Of a stretch of DNA of 48,996 nucleotides, positions 1 through 10,485 are shown piece by piece; position 1 is the stretch's first letter, and every line of letters begins with the position of its first letter. This DNA comes from Pelagibacteraceae bacterium. Lineage in GTDB: Bacteria > Pseudomonadota > Alphaproteobacteria > GCA-002720895. The stretch covers positions 1 through 48,996 of the forward strand of contig PBIP01000009.1 of the NCBI GenBank assembly GCA_002720895.1, in the 5' to 3' direction. Both the position numbers and the translations under genes were made by a program. The notes beneath the pieces are model-generated. The model saw only the letters and a list, made by a program, of their open reading frames with translations. It had not been told where the DNA came from and did no database searches.

Positions 1-183
1 GAATTCAATAATTCGTCGCCTACAAATCCCTTCAACGTTTTAACATTTCCAAAAACGCACAACAATCATACCAAACAAAACAAGGTTGAAATATTCTGAA
101 TGTCGTGTAAGTAATAACTTTATATAACCAATAGGTGGTTCTTGTCAATGTAATATTGAATTTTTTTTTTGTAGTATATTTTT

Positions 184-1473
184 ATGATATTTAACACGTT
201 TATAGGACTAAAATTAAAAAAAATAATTACACAAATATCAGTATTTATTGCTTCTATTACGATATTTTTTCTATTAATTGACAAAAATAGTGACAAAAAT
301 GACAAAAATATAGAAGATTCAGAAATTATTTATAATAAGAATGAATTTAATGACAAATTAATAAAAAAAAGAGTGAGGCAAACAGCTCCGGTAATAAAAA
401 TTAAAGTAAAATCAGGAGATACTTTAGAAAAAATATTAATAAATTCAGGGTTCGAAAATGAAGAAATTGTTAAATTAATTAAAGAAACTAAAAAAAAATT
501 TGACCCTAAAAATCTTATAATTGGAAAAGAAATTACAATAAAATATCAAGAAACAGACAAAAAAAGCGTAAATTCAATATTTATACCTCTAGAATTTAAT
601 AAAAATTTTTATTTACAAAAAATAGATAATAAATATGTAGCGGAAATATCTAGTAAAAAAACTCAAATAAGACTAGTTAGAAAAAAAGGATTTATTAGTG
701 ATAGTTTATATTTATCAGGTTTAAGAGCAGGCGTAAATAATAAGGCAATTAATGAAATGATTTCTATATTCAGTTTTAGTGTAGATTTTCAAAGAGATAT
801 TTGGAGAAATGATAATTTTGAAATATTTTACGAAGAAGAATTTATTAAATATGAAAAGTCTAGAAAAAACTTAGGAAAAATTTTATTTGCAAGTTTAGAT
901 TTACAAAGCTTAGGTTCATTGAAGTTATTTCGTTTTGAATCAGAAAAAGGGGGAATAGAATTTTTTGATGAAAATGGAAAAAGTGCTAAAAAACTCTTAA
1001 TGAAAACTCCTATTGATGGTGCAAGATTATCATCGGGTTTTGGTATGAGAAAACATCCAATACTTGGATACAATGTTAAACATAGAGGGGTTGACTTCGC
1101 AGCACCAACAGGCACGCCTATATATGCAGCTGGTGATGGAATAATTGAAAAAAAAGGATGGAATGGTGCTTATGGAAAATATATTAGAATAAGGCATGCA
1201 AATAATTTTAAAACAGCTTATGCGCATTTATCTAAATTTAACAAACTACCAAGTGGTAGAGTCAAACAAGGAAAAATTATTGGTTTTGTCGGCACAACAG
1301 GAAGGTCTACGGGTCCTCACCTACATTATGAAATTCTAAAAAATGGTAAAAGAATAAATCCTCAAAAGTTAAAACTTCCATCGGGAAGAAAATTAAAGGG
1401 TCAAGAATTACAAAGCTTTATAGAACAAAAAAATGTAATATACAGAAAGATGGATAACTTAGGAGTCTATTAA
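184..1473 (+). CDS. M23 family metallopeptidase, membrane-anchored
   Basis: 429-aa ORF with an N-terminal hydrophobic helix. M23 zinc motifs HRGVDFAAPTGTP (HxxxD) and GPHLHYE (HxH) are present. Confidence 0.9.
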   Translation: MIFNTFIGLKLKKIITQISVFIASITIFFLLIDKNSDKNDKNIEDSEIIYNKNEFNDKLIKKRVRQTAPVIKIKVKSGDTLEKILINSGFENEEIVKLIKETKKKFDPKNLIIGKEITIKYQETDKKSVNSIFIPLEFNKNFYLQKIDNKYVAEISSKKTQIRLVRKKGFISDSLYLSGLRAGVNNKAINEMISIFSFSVDFQRDIWRNDNFEIFYEEEFIKYEKSRKNLGKILFASLDLQSLGSLKLFRFESEKGGIEFFDENGKSAKKLLMKTPIDGARLSSGFGMRKHPILGYNVKHRGVDFAAPTGTPIYAAGDGIIEKKGWNGAYGKYIRIRHANNFKTAYAHLSKFNKLPSGRVKQGKIIGFVGTTGRSTGPHLHYEILKNGKRINPQKLKLPSGRKLKGQELQSFIEQKNVIYRKMDNLGVY

Positions 1474-2351
1474 TTCTTTATCAAAATAAATCTTTTTTTT
1501 TTAGATAAATCTTTAATAAATTTAAAATTAGCGAAACCATTTTTTTTACAAATTTTATTAATTTTATTGGAGCTTTTAGGATTTATTTCAAAACAAATAT
1601 AGCCATTACTTGAAATTAAAGAATGAATCTTGGGTAAAATCATTTTATAAAAACTTAACCCATCTTTATTATCGTAAAGAGACTCATATGGTTCATATTT
1701 AACTTCTGGCATAATTGATTTCATTTCATTTTTTAAAAGATACGGCGGATTTGACACAATTAATTGGAATTTATTCCTTGAAGTAAAATTCTTGTTAGTT
1801 TGCAAAATTTTTTTTAAGAATTTTGGGTTGTTCCAATCTAAAGTTATAAACTTTGATCTTGAAGATAAATAATTTTTTTTGCTATTCGTTTTTGCAACAT
1901 TTATTGTTTTTAAATATTTATCTACTCCAATACCAACTGATTTTTTAAATTCTTGAAGAATAGATAACAATATACAGCCAGATCCTGTTCCTAAATCTAA
2001 GATATTAAATTTTTTATTTTTTTTAAAATTTTTTTTTATTTCATCGATCATTGATTCAGTTTCAGGTCTGGGAATTAAAGTATTTCTATTAACTTTAAAA
2101 TTCATTGAATAAAATTCTTTATTACCTAACAAGTAAGCGGTTGGGATTCTATTTATTTTTTGTTTAATAAGCTTCTCGTATACTCGAATCTTTTTCGTAG
2201 ATATTTTTTTCTCCGTATTAGAGTAAGTCCAATTCAAATCTTTGTTAAAGGTTTTTGCTAGCAGTAATCTAGCTTCTAGTTTAGGAACTTTTACATAATT
2301 ATCTTTTAATAATTTTGTTTTTTTTGTTAAACAAGATTTTATAGTTTCCAT
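1470..2351 (-). CDS. prmC: release factor glutamine N5-methyltransferase PrmC (HemK)
   Basis: 293 aa. SAM motif LDLGTGSG and catalytic NPPY (VSNPPYL). It lies 3 nt downstream of prfA, the classical prfA-prmC arrangement. Confidence 0.9.
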   Translation of the reverse strand: METIKSCLTKKTKLLKDNYVKVPKLEARLLLAKTFNKDLNWTYSNTEKKISTKKIRVYEKLIKQKINRIPTAYLLGNKEFYSMNFKVNRNTLIPRPETESMIDEIKKNFKKNKKFNILDLGTGSGCILLSILQEFKKSVGIGVDKYLKTINVAKTNSKKNYLSSRSKFITLDWNNPKFLKKILQTNKNFTSRNKFQLIVSNPPYLLKNEMKSIMPEVKYEPYESLYDNKDGLSFYKMILPKIHSLISSNGYICFEINPKSSNKINKICKKNGFANFKFIKDLSKKKRFILIKN

Positions 2352-2354
2352 GAT

Positions 2355-3434
2355 TTAATTCAAATTTGCTAATTTTATTGCTTTATCTTCATCTAAAAGT
2401 TTATCAATTATTTCATCAAGTGACTCTCCTGATAATACTTGCTCTAATTTATGTAATGTCAAATTTATCCTGTGATCTGTAACACGTCCTTGGGGAAAAT
2501 TATAAGTTCTTATTCGTTCAGATCTGTCTCCAGTGCCGACTTGATTTTTTCTAGCCTCGGATTGAGATTTTTTAAGTTTATTTTGCTCATGATCATAAAT
2601 TCTAGCTCTTAAAATTTTTAAAGCTTTTGCTTTATTTTTATGTTGTGATTTTTCATCTTGTTGTTGAACAACTATATTAGTCGGAATATGAGTAATTCTA
2701 ACAGCGCTATCAGTGGTGTTAACTGATTGACCACCTGGACCAGATGCTCTAAATACATCTATCCTTAAATCTTTTTCATCTATATTTATTTCTACATCTT
2801 CCACTTCAGGTAAAACTGCGACTGTTGCAGCTGAAGTATGAATTCTTCCACTTGCTTCGGTATCTGGAACTCTTTGTACCCTATGAACGCCTGATTCAAA
2901 TTTTAGCCTAGAAAAAACATTTTCTCCTGAAACAACAGCCATTGCTTCTTTATAAGATCCAGCTAAAGATTCACTAATGCTAAGAATTTCAAACTTCCAT
3001 GATTTATGATCGCAATATCTCTGATACATTCTAAAAAGATCTGCAGCAAATAGTCCTGCTTCATCGCCTCCTGTTCCTGCTCTAACTTCTAAAACTGCAT
3101 TTTTTGCATCATCTTTATCCTTAGGAAGAACTGCTATTTGAATTTCTTTTTCCAGTTCTTTTTCAACACTAATCAAATTTTCTAATTCAGATTTTGCCAT
3201 TTCTTTCATATCATTATCACTTTTTATATCTTCAATTATTGCATTTGAATCTTTTATTTCTTTTTTCACTTTTTTGAATTTTTTAATCAGCTCAACAGTT
3301 GGTAGTATTTCTGATAATTCTTTAGATATAATTGCATAGTCTTTTGGTGAATTAATAATTTCATCAGAGGTTGCTTTTTCTTGCAATTCATCATACTTAG
3401 ATAAAATTTTATTTAAGTTTTCTTCTAAATTCAT
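2355..3434 (-). CDS. prfA: peptide chain release factor 1
   Basis: 359 aa. GGQ motif (SGPGGQSVNTTDSAVRITHIPT) and overall RF1-type sequence. Confidence 0.96.
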   Translation of the reverse strand: MNLEENLNKILSKYDELQEKATSDEIINSPKDYAIISKELSEILPTVELIKKFKKVKKEIKDSNAIIEDIKSDNDMKEMAKSELENLISVEKELEKEIQIAVLPKDKDDAKNAVLEVRAGTGGDEAGLFAADLFRMYQRYCDHKSWKFEILSISESLAGSYKEAMAVVSGENVFSRLKFESGVHRVQRVPDTEASGRIHTSAATVAVLPEVEDVEINIDEKDLRIDVFRASGPGGQSVNTTDSAVRITHIPTNIVVQQQDEKSQHKNKAKALKILRARIYDHEQNKLKKSQSEARKNQVGTGDRSERIRTYNFPQGRVTDHRINLTLHKLEQVLSGESLDEIIDKLLDEDKAIKLANLN

Positions 3435-3442
3435 ATTTTAAA

Positions 3443-4732
3443 TTAACGGAAAATAAGTTTAAGATTTTTAATTTCAATTTTTTTTTGATTTCTTTTTTTT
3501 AAATCTTTAATAATAATTTCTTTATTTTTTATTTCATCTTGTCCAATAATTATTGCAAAGTCTGCTTCCTTCTCGTTAGCATATTTTAATCCTTTGGATA
3601 AATTATCTCTACATATAAAGTCTATTAAATATCTATATAATAGATTTGATGAAGGTTCCTTATCTACTATTTCTATAATTTTATTCTTTATTTCCATTGC
3701 TTTAATTTTATTTTCTTTTCCTACAGCAATTAAAACATAAGAATTTGGTGTTAAAAATCTCTTGGTATCTTTAATGCTAGAAGGTTTTAATAAAAGAAGT
3801 CTTTCAACTCCAACAGCAAAACCACAGCCAGGATAATTAGGACCCCCCATTTTTTTAATTAAACCATCATATCTTCCTCCTGCTAAAAAAGAATCTTGAG
3901 CGCCAATGTCATTTGAAATAAACTCATAGCAAATATTATTATAATAATCTAATCCTCTAACTAAATTGTCATTTATAACAATAGGAATTCTTAATTGTTT
4001 ACATCCTTTCTTAAATTCCTCAAAAATATCAGATGCTTCATTTGTCAAAAAATCTTTTAATTTAGGTGCTTTTTCTAAAAGTTTTTTTTCTTCATTATTT
4101 TTTGTGTCCAATATTCTTAAAGGATTTTTTTTTAATCTTTCTAAACTTTCAGTAGTTAATTCTTTTTTATGATCTTGAAAAAAGTTTTGAAGTTCTAAAA
4201 TATATTTTTTTCTACTTACTTCATCGCCTAAACTGTTAACTTGTATTTTAAAAGATTTGTCAGAAACACCTGATTCATTTACAAAAAGCTTGGCCAAACT
4301 AATTAATTCAATGTCAGCATAAATATCTCTTTCGCCAATCATCTCTGCTCCGAATTGATAAAATTGCCTAAATCTCCCTTTTTGTGGCCTATCATATCTA
4401 AACATTGGCCCAGCATAAGAAAATTTTTGAGGTAAAGATTGTTGTAATTTATTGTTTATAAAAAATCTTACAATAGAGGCTGTGCCTTCTGGCCTTAAAG
4501 TTATTTCATTATTACTTCTATCTTTAAATGTATAAGTTTCTTTTTTAATAATATCAGAAGTTGTGCCTAAGGTTTTTTTAAAAACTTCGCTATCTTCCAA
4601 TATAGGGGTTTCCACCATATTGAACCCATTTAGTAATGAAATTTTATTCCAAATTAAACTTATTGATGATAATTCTAAAAATTCTTTTTCAGGAATATCT
4701 TTTGTTCCTCTAACAGGCTGTAATTTTTTCAT
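3443..4732 (-). CDS. hisS: histidine--tRNA ligase
   Basis: 429 aa with class II HisRS motifs ([37 protein letters not shown]). It overlaps the ispG stop by 4 nt. Confidence 0.94.
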   Translation of the reverse strand: MKKLQPVRGTKDIPEKEFLELSSISLIWNKISLLNGFNMVETPILEDSEVFKKTLGTTSDIIKKETYTFKDRSNNEITLRPEGTASIVRFFINNKLQQSLPQKFSYAGPMFRYDRPQKGRFRQFYQFGAEMIGERDIYADIELISLAKLFVNESGVSDKSFKIQVNSLGDEVSRKKYILELQNFFQDHKKELTTESLERLKKNPLRILDTKNNEEKKLLEKAPKLKDFLTNEASDIFEEFKKGCKQLRIPIVINDNLVRGLDYYNNICYEFISNDIGAQDSFLAGGRYDGLIKKMGGPNYPGCGFAVGVERLLLLKPSSIKDTKRFLTPNSYVLIAVGKENKIKAMEIKNKIIEIVDKEPSSNLLYRYLIDFICRDNLSKGLKYANEKEADFAIIIGQDEIKNKEIIIKDLKKRNQKKIEIKNLKLIFR

Positions 4733-5967
4733 TTTTTTTTATATTTTTTTTCTATGTAGTTATGAATAATTTTTTTGAAATCTTCAGTTATATTTTCTCC
4801 TCGTAAAGTATGAGATTTTTTTCCATCTATAAAAACTGGCATAGTTGGACTTTCTCCTGTACCTGGTAAACTAATACCTAAATCTGCATTTTTACTTTCT
4901 CCTGGTCCATTTACAATGCATCCCATAACAGCTAATTTTAAAGACTCTACTCCATCATATTTCTTTTTCCAATCTGGCATTTGATTTCTTATATAATTTT
5001 GTATATCTTCTGCTAATTCCTGAAAAACTTTACTAGTTGTTCTACCGCATCCGGGGCAGGCTGTAACTTTAGGTACAAAAGATCTTATTCCTAAATTTTG
5101 AAGTATTTCTTGAGCAACATAGACCTCTTCTCTTCTATCTCCATCAGGTTTTGGCGTTAAAGAAATTCGAATTGTATCTCCTATTCCTTTTGAAAGTATT
5201 AAAGATAAAGCAGCAGTTGAAGAAACAATTCCTTTTATTCCCATTCCTGCTTCTGTCAAACCTAAATGCAGAGAATAATCGCTATTTCTTGCTAGATCAT
5301 CATAAACCTCAATCAAAGTATGTAATTCACTAACTTTACATGAAATAATTATTTGTTCTTTTTTTAAACCTATTTCCTGAGCTCTTGCTGCACTATTTAA
5401 TGCAGATTCTATTAAAGCTTGTTTTGTTACACTATCTGCATCTAAAGGTTTTTTTAATTTTGAATTTTTATCCATTAAATCTGCTAATAATTCCTGATCT
5501 AAACTTCCCCAATTTACCCCTATTCTAATTGGCTTATTGTTTTTTGCTGCAGTCTCAATCATTGATGAAAACTGTATATCTTTTTTTTCTTTAAAACCAA
5601 CATTTCCAGGATTAATTCTGTATTTATCTAATGCTTTAGCACAATCGGGAAATTTATTTAATAATTGATGACCAACATAATGAAAATCGCCAACAATAGG
5701 AACATTGCAATCAGCTTTTATAATCTCATCTTTTATATAAGAAACAGCTTTCGCAGAATCATCTCTATCTACAGTTATTCTTACAATTTCAGAGCCGGCG
5801 TTTGCAAGATCTATAATTTGTTTAGAGGTTTTTTTAATGTCAGCAGTATCGGTATTGGTCATTGATTGAACAACGATTGGATTATTCCCACCGATTGTTA
5901 AATTTCCAACTTTTACAGGAATACTTTTACGTCTTTTGTAATCTCCCAAATTTAAATTTAGAGACAT
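4729..5967 (-). CDS. ispG: 4-hydroxy-3-methylbut-2-enyl diphosphate synthase (MEP pathway)
   Basis: 412 aa, GcpE family. Conserved C-terminal cysteines CPGCGRT and [10 protein letters not shown]. Confidence 0.95.
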   Translation of the reverse strand: MSLNLNLGDYKRRKSIPVKVGNLTIGGNNPIVVQSMTNTDTADIKKTSKQIIDLANAGSEIVRITVDRDDSAKAVSYIKDEIIKADCNVPIVGDFHYVGHQLLNKFPDCAKALDKYRINPGNVGFKEKKDIQFSSMIETAAKNNKPIRIGVNWGSLDQELLADLMDKNSKLKKPLDADSVTKQALIESALNSAARAQEIGLKKEQIIISCKVSELHTLIEVYDDLARNSDYSLHLGLTEAGMGIKGIVSSTAALSLILSKGIGDTIRISLTPKPDGDRREEVYVAQEILQNLGIRSFVPKVTACPGCGRTTSKVFQELAEDIQNYIRNQMPDWKKKYDGVESLKLAVMGCIVNGPGESKNADLGISLPGTGESPTMPVFIDGKKSHTLRGENITEDFKKIIHNYIEKKYKKK

Positions 5968-5996
5968 ATTTTTTTAACAAAAAAAATATATTATAG

Positions 5997-6818
5997 CTAA
6001 TGATTTGTAATTAAACTATTAAGATTGACGGAGTTTAAAGTAGTTCCTTTAGAGCCTAAATCATGGTCTTGATTATTATTTTTTAAGAATAAAGCTCCTG
6101 CGTTACTAGCTGAAATTCGCATTTCATCTTTATCAGATGGCAAATTAAAAGATTCATTCTTTTTTAAAATTGTAGAAATAATAATATTTTCGTTTGCATC
6201 TTTTATTTCAATCCAAACATCTTCTTTAGCAACTATTTTTTTTATAAAGCTATAATTATCTTTAACAGAAAGATCATCTATATCATCTAACTTAAGAGTT
6301 GTTTGTTGTAAAGGGGCTTCATTTTTAATTTTTTGCAACTCTTCAACAAGAGTGTTAGTTTGTTGTTCTATCATTGGTACATTCAAATCAGGTTTTGGTT
6401 CAATAGAAGCTAACGTATCATTTGAATCAGGTGTTTTTAAAAATCCAATTACAAAAAGAACAAGCAACCCAACTGAAGCAAAAATCATTAAAGGAACTGT
6501 AGGAATTTTTTCCATATTAATAGGAGATCTTTCTTTGATTAGATTTTTTTTGCTATTTGTATTAACAGGTTCAACATTAGGCTTGTTTTCAAATAACAAC
6601 AAAAGCTTTGTATCTTTTATTCTAAGTGCGTTGCAGTATGCTTTAAGAAATGATTTTTGATAAAACTTTCCACCTATTGAGCCAATTTCACCTTCTTCAA
6701 TATGATGTAAATTTTGAATAGAAATCTTAGTTTTATTAGAGATTTTTTCTAATGTTAAACCTCTTTTTGTACGATATTGCTTTAATATAAGCCCTATTTG
6801 GTTATGTTCTTCACTCAT
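5997..6818 (-). CDS. rodZ: RodZ-like cytoskeleton protein (XRE HTH, TM helix, C-terminal DUF4115-like domain)
   Basis: 273 aa. N-terminal HTH (RGLTLEKISNKTKISIQNLHHIEEGE) and one TM helix (VPLMIFASVGLLVLFVIGFL). It sits directly upstream of ispG-hisS, as rodZ does in E. coli. Confidence 0.75.
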   Translation of the reverse strand: MSEEHNQIGLILKQYRTKRGLTLEKISNKTKISIQNLHHIEEGEIGSIGGKFYQKSFLKAYCNALRIKDTKLLLLFENKPNVEPVNTNSKKNLIKERSPINMEKIPTVPLMIFASVGLLVLFVIGFLKTPDSNDTLASIEPKPDLNVPMIEQQTNTLVEELQKIKNEAPLQQTTLKLDDIDDLSVKDNYSFIKKIVAKEDVWIEIKDANENIIISTILKKNESFNLPSDKDEMRISASNAGALFLKNNNQDHDLGSKGTTLNSVNLNSLITNH

Positions 6819-6929
6819 TTGATCCCTATTAACTATTTTTAAAAAAAATTAGTTATTTATATATAGTATATATTTTTCTAAATCTGTACAATTATTTTGT
6901 TAATTTTTTGTTAATTAATTGTGGATAAC

Positions 6930-8150
6930 TTATTCTAAATCATATGTTTTATGCAGTATATTAATTGCCTTTTTTAAGTTTCTTCTAGAAATTAGAACAC
7001 TAATCTTTATCTCAGAAGTAGAAATCAAATCAATATTAATTTTTTTTTGACCCAAAGCTTTAAACATGTCTTCTGCAATTCCAGCATTAGTTCTCATTCC
7101 TATACCAACTATTGAAATCTTGGCAACATTGTTATCTGGTAAAACATTTTTTATCTTAATTTCGTTTTTAATTTGATTTATGCATTTTTTTGCTTTAAAC
7201 AAATCTGCCTCTGAAATAGTAAATGTTAAATCTGAATATTTGCCATCTGAAGATATATTTTGAACAATCATATCTACATTAATATCTTTATCAGCCAAAG
7301 AACCAAAAATTTTTGCAGCTACACCCGGTTTATCAGGAATACCTAGTAAAGTTATTTTTGAGTCATTTTTGCTAAAGACAATTCCACTTACATTTCTTTT
7401 TTCAATTTTAATTGAATTATGAATTTTAGTACCTTTAACATTTTTAGAACTAGATTTAACCCACAAAGCAACATTGTTATTTTTTGCCAATGATACTGAT
7501 CTTGGTTCTAAAACCTGAGCTCCGACTGATGCCATTTCGAGCATTTCATCATAAGTTAATTGATCTATTTTTTTTGCTTTTTTTACCCATCTTGGATCTG
7601 CTGTAAAAACTCCATCAACATCAGTATGTATATCACATCGATCTGCGGATAATTTTGAAGCTATAGCTACTGCAGTTGTATCTGAGCCTCCTCTTCCAAT
7701 TGTTGAAATTCTAAATTCATTTGATATTCCTTGAAACCCTGCAATTACAGGAGTAATACCTTTTTTAATTTCTTTTTTTAACACTTCAGAATTAATATCC
7801 AATATTTTAGCTTTACCATATGAAGTATTTGTAAATATTGGAATTTGCCAACCTAAAAAAGAGCGCGCATTAATTTTAATATTCTTTAAAGCAAGAGCCA
7901 TTAAACCTGAAGAAGCTTGTTCCCCTGATGAAAGTATAGAGTCAATTTCTTTTTCATCATTATTTAATGAGATTTTATTAATTAAGGATTGTAACTTGTC
8001 TGTTGTCTTGCCAATTGCGCTTACAATAACAATAACTTTGTTTCCCAAAGATACTTCTTTTTTAACTATATTTGCAGCTTTTTTAATTTTATCTATAGTG
8101 GCCAGTGATGTGCCACCAAATTTTTTTACAATTAACAATTTTTTTCTCAT
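6930..8150 (-). CDS. lysC: aspartate kinase
   Basis: 406 aa. KFGGTS N-terminal motif, GRGGSDTTA motif and C-terminal ACT domains. Confidence 0.93.
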   Translation of the reverse strand: MRKKLLIVKKFGGTSLATIDKIKKAANIVKKEVSLGNKVIVIVSAIGKTTDKLQSLINKISLNNDEKEIDSILSSGEQASSGLMALALKNIKINARSFLGWQIPIFTNTSYGKAKILDINSEVLKKEIKKGITPVIAGFQGISNEFRISTIGRGGSDTTAVAIASKLSADRCDIHTDVDGVFTADPRWVKKAKKIDQLTYDEMLEMASVGAQVLEPRSVSLAKNNNVALWVKSSSKNVKGTKIHNSIKIEKRNVSGIVFSKNDSKITLLGIPDKPGVAAKIFGSLADKDINVDMIVQNISSDGKYSDLTFTISEADLFKAKKCINQIKNEIKIKNVLPDNNVAKISIVGIGMRTNAGIAEDMFKALGQKKINIDLISTSEIKISVLISRRNLKKAINILHKTYDLE

Positions 8151-8246
8151 AAAAATATACTATTTAAAATAAAAAGGCACTTTTTTCTTTTGCTAATAAA
8201 GAAGACTATAAAATAATAATTAATATTAATTTTTTAAACAAAAAAA

Positions 8247-8915
8247 ATGGAAAAAAATAAATTAAACGATTGGTGGAATATAAACGGTAATTACAAAATT
8301 TTACATAAAATTAATCCTTTGAGGATAAATTTTATCATTCAAAACTATGAAAAACCTATAAAAAAGAAAAATATTCTTGATATTGGGTGCGGAGGTGGTC
8401 TGATTTCAGAATTACTAGCTAAAAAAAAAGGGCTTGTATTGGGTATAGATGAAAATATAGATAATATAAAACAGGCAAAAAAACATGCCCGAGAAAATTC
8501 TATAAACGTAAACTATAAGAATTTATCGTTAAATTCTTTTTATAAAAAAAATAATAAAAAATTTGATTTAATACTATGTCTTGAGGTTTTGGAACATGTG
8601 GATGATGTTGAAAAAGCACTGAATAAAATATCTAATTTAATGAAACCAGATGCAACTTTAATTATATCTACGATTAACAGAAATTTAAAATCTCTTGTGT
8701 TTGCAAAAATTTTTGGAGAGTATATTCTAAATTGGATACCTGTAGGAACACATGTATTCGAAAAATTTCTTAAACCAAAGGAAATTGTAGAAAAATTAAA
8801 ATTAAAAGGAATAAAAACTAAAAAAATAAAAGGTATGAAGTTTAATCCTATTTCAAATAAATGGACTATATCAGATAATACAAATATAAATTATTTTTTA
8901 GTTGCAAAGAAATAA
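8247..8915 (+). CDS. ubiG: ubiquinone biosynthesis O-methyltransferase
   Basis: 222 aa. UbiG-like N-terminus (WWNINGNYKILHKINPLR) and SAM motif LDIGCGGGLISE. Confidence 0.85.
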   Translation: MEKNKLNDWWNINGNYKILHKINPLRINFIIQNYEKPIKKKNILDIGCGGGLISELLAKKKGLVLGIDENIDNIKQAKKHARENSINVNYKNLSLNSFYKKNNKKFDLILCLEVLEHVDDVEKALNKISNLMKPDATLIISTINRNLKSLVFAKIFGEYILNWIPVGTHVFEKFLKPKEIVEKLKLKGIKTKKIKGMKFNPISNKWTISDNTNINYFLVAKK

Positions 8916-8992
8916 AACATTTTTATTTGTAAAATTAATATATTTACAATCTTTTTTATTTTTTTTTTATAAAATACTATTATACTTTATTT

Positions 8993-9628
8993 ATGTCATT
9001 AAAAATTGGAGATCAAGCGCCTAATTTTAAAGCTAAAACAACTGTTGGCGAAATTGATTTTCATCAATGGATTGAAAATAGTTGGGCAATATTATTTTCT
9101 CATCCAAAATCATTTACACCTGTTTGCACAACTGAATTGGGTTATATGGCTGGGCTAAAAAAAGAGTTTGATAAGAGAAATGTAAAAATTATAGGTTTGA
9201 GTGTAGATCAACCAGAAGATCAAAATCAGTGGTTAAAAGATATAGAAGAAACTCAAGGAAACAGTGTTAATTACCCTCTAATTTGTGATACAGACAAAAA
9301 AGTTTCAGATCTTTATGGAATGATACATCCAAATGCCTCTGATACTTTAACTGTTAGAACTGTTTTTATAATTGGACCTGATAAAAATATAAAATTAATG
9401 CTTTCTTATCCTGCTAGCACAGGTAGAAATTTTGATGAAATTTTAAGGGTAATTGATTCTTTACAATTAACATCAAAACATCAAGTTGCCACTCCTGTAA
9501 ATTGGAAAAAAGGTGATAAATGCATTATTATTCCCGCTGTAAGCGATGATGAAGCAAAAGATAAATTTCCCGAAGGTTGGGATTCACCAAAACCCTATAT
9601 TAGGATAGTCCCGCAACCAAAAGATTAA
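8993..9628 (+). CDS. 1-Cys peroxiredoxin (Prx6-type)
   Basis: 211 aa. Peroxidatic cysteine motif HPKSFTPVCTTE and Prx6-like length and C-terminus. Confidence 0.9.
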   Translation: MSLKIGDQAPNFKAKTTVGEIDFHQWIENSWAILFSHPKSFTPVCTTELGYMAGLKKEFDKRNVKIIGLSVDQPEDQNQWLKDIEETQGNSVNYPLICDTDKKVSDLYGMIHPNASDTLTVRTVFIIGPDKNIKLMLSYPASTGRNFDEILRVIDSLQLTSKHQVATPVNWKKGDKCIIIPAVSDDEAKDKFPEGWDSPKPYIRIVPQPKD

Positions 9629-10368
9629 AGAAAATTCTCTAGATTTATTGATGGTATTGATTTTCTAAAAACCTCAACGGTTTTTGTGTTTATCTCGCTA
9701 ATAATTACTGTTTGATTATTTTTAGCCTCTTTAATAATTTTTCCCCATGGATCTACAATTAAAGAATGTCCAAATGTTTTCTTTTTACCTGGATGGCTTC
9801 CAAATTGTGCAGGAGCAAAAATATAGCACCCTGTTTCTATTGCTCTTGCTTTTAACAATGTATGCCAATGTAATTTTCCTGTAAATTTTGTAAACGAAGA
9901 TGGAATAGAAATAAAAAAAGCTCCTTTTTTTGCTAATTTTCTATATAAATTAGGAAAACGTAAATCATAACAGATAGTCATGCCAATTTTTCCCCATGGC
10001 AAATTTGCTAAACAAAGTTTTTTTCCTGGAGTAAAAACTTTTTTTTCGTCATAAAATTCTTTATTAGGTAAATTTGCAGAAAATAAATGAATTTTATTAT
10101 ACCTACCTTTTATATTTCCCTTATTATCTATAAGAATTGAACGATTATAAATATTTCTTTTTTCTTTAATATTTACAGAACCAATGATAATAAATAGTTT
10201 CTTATTTTTTGCTATTTTCTTTATTTCATTAATTCCAGGATGCATAATTTCTGAATAAGTATTTTCTATTAATTTTTTTGTATTTTCAGAAATCAAAAAA
10301 CAATTTTCAGGTAGTAAAATTAATTTTGCTCCTTTTTTTGATGCGTAATATATTTTTTTTTTTCGCAA
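9625..10368 (-). CDS. carbon-nitrogen hydrolase (nitrilase superfamily), with the 5' end displaced by a frameshift
   Basis: The catalytic E-K-C triad is present (LLPEN, YNKIHLF, MTICYDLRFP). The listed ORF begins at a TTG. The family-typical N-terminus MLKKNKKLKVACIQMNSQ... is encoded from the ATG at 10447 in another frame. The two frames meet in an A11 run at 10353-10363. Confidence 0.8.
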   Translation of the reverse strand: MRKKKIYYASKKGAKLILLPENCFLISENTKKLIENTYSEIMHPGINEIKKIAKNKKLFIIIGSVNIKEKRNIYNRSILIDNKGNIKGRYNKIHLFSANLPNKEFYDEKKVFTPGKKLCLANLPWGKIGMTICYDLRFPNLYRKLAKKGAFFISIPSSFTKFTGKLHWHTLLKARAIETGCYIFAPAQFGSHPGKKKTFGHSLIVDPWGKIIKEAKNNQTVIISEINTKTVEVFRKSIPSINLENFL

Positions 10369-10485
10369 ATAAAATATTTTTTTGTAAACTATCTTGTGAA
10401 TTCATTTGAATACATGCGACTTTTAATTTTTTATTTTTTTTTAACATTTTAAAAAAACAATTATTTTGATAATTTTATATAAGAG

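Noticed and set aside
1-99. A frame open from the window edge to a TGA at 97-99 on the plus strand (EFNNSSPTNPFNVLTFPKTHNNHTKQNKVEIF*). It could be the 3' end of an upstream gene.
   Set aside because: It covers only 32 codons, I recognise no motif, and the gene start is not in view. I cannot support it as a feature.
6897-6928. A direct repeat TTGTTAATT at 6897-6905 and 6908-6916, spaced 11 bp, lies next to a perfect DnaA-box 9-mer (TTATCCACA, minus strand, 6920-6928). All are in the rodZ/lysC intergenic region.
   Set aside because: A single DnaA box is roughly what chance predicts for 49 kb at this composition, about 0.5 by my rough estimate. Short AT repeats are abundant here. There is no cluster of boxes and no origin-type gene context.
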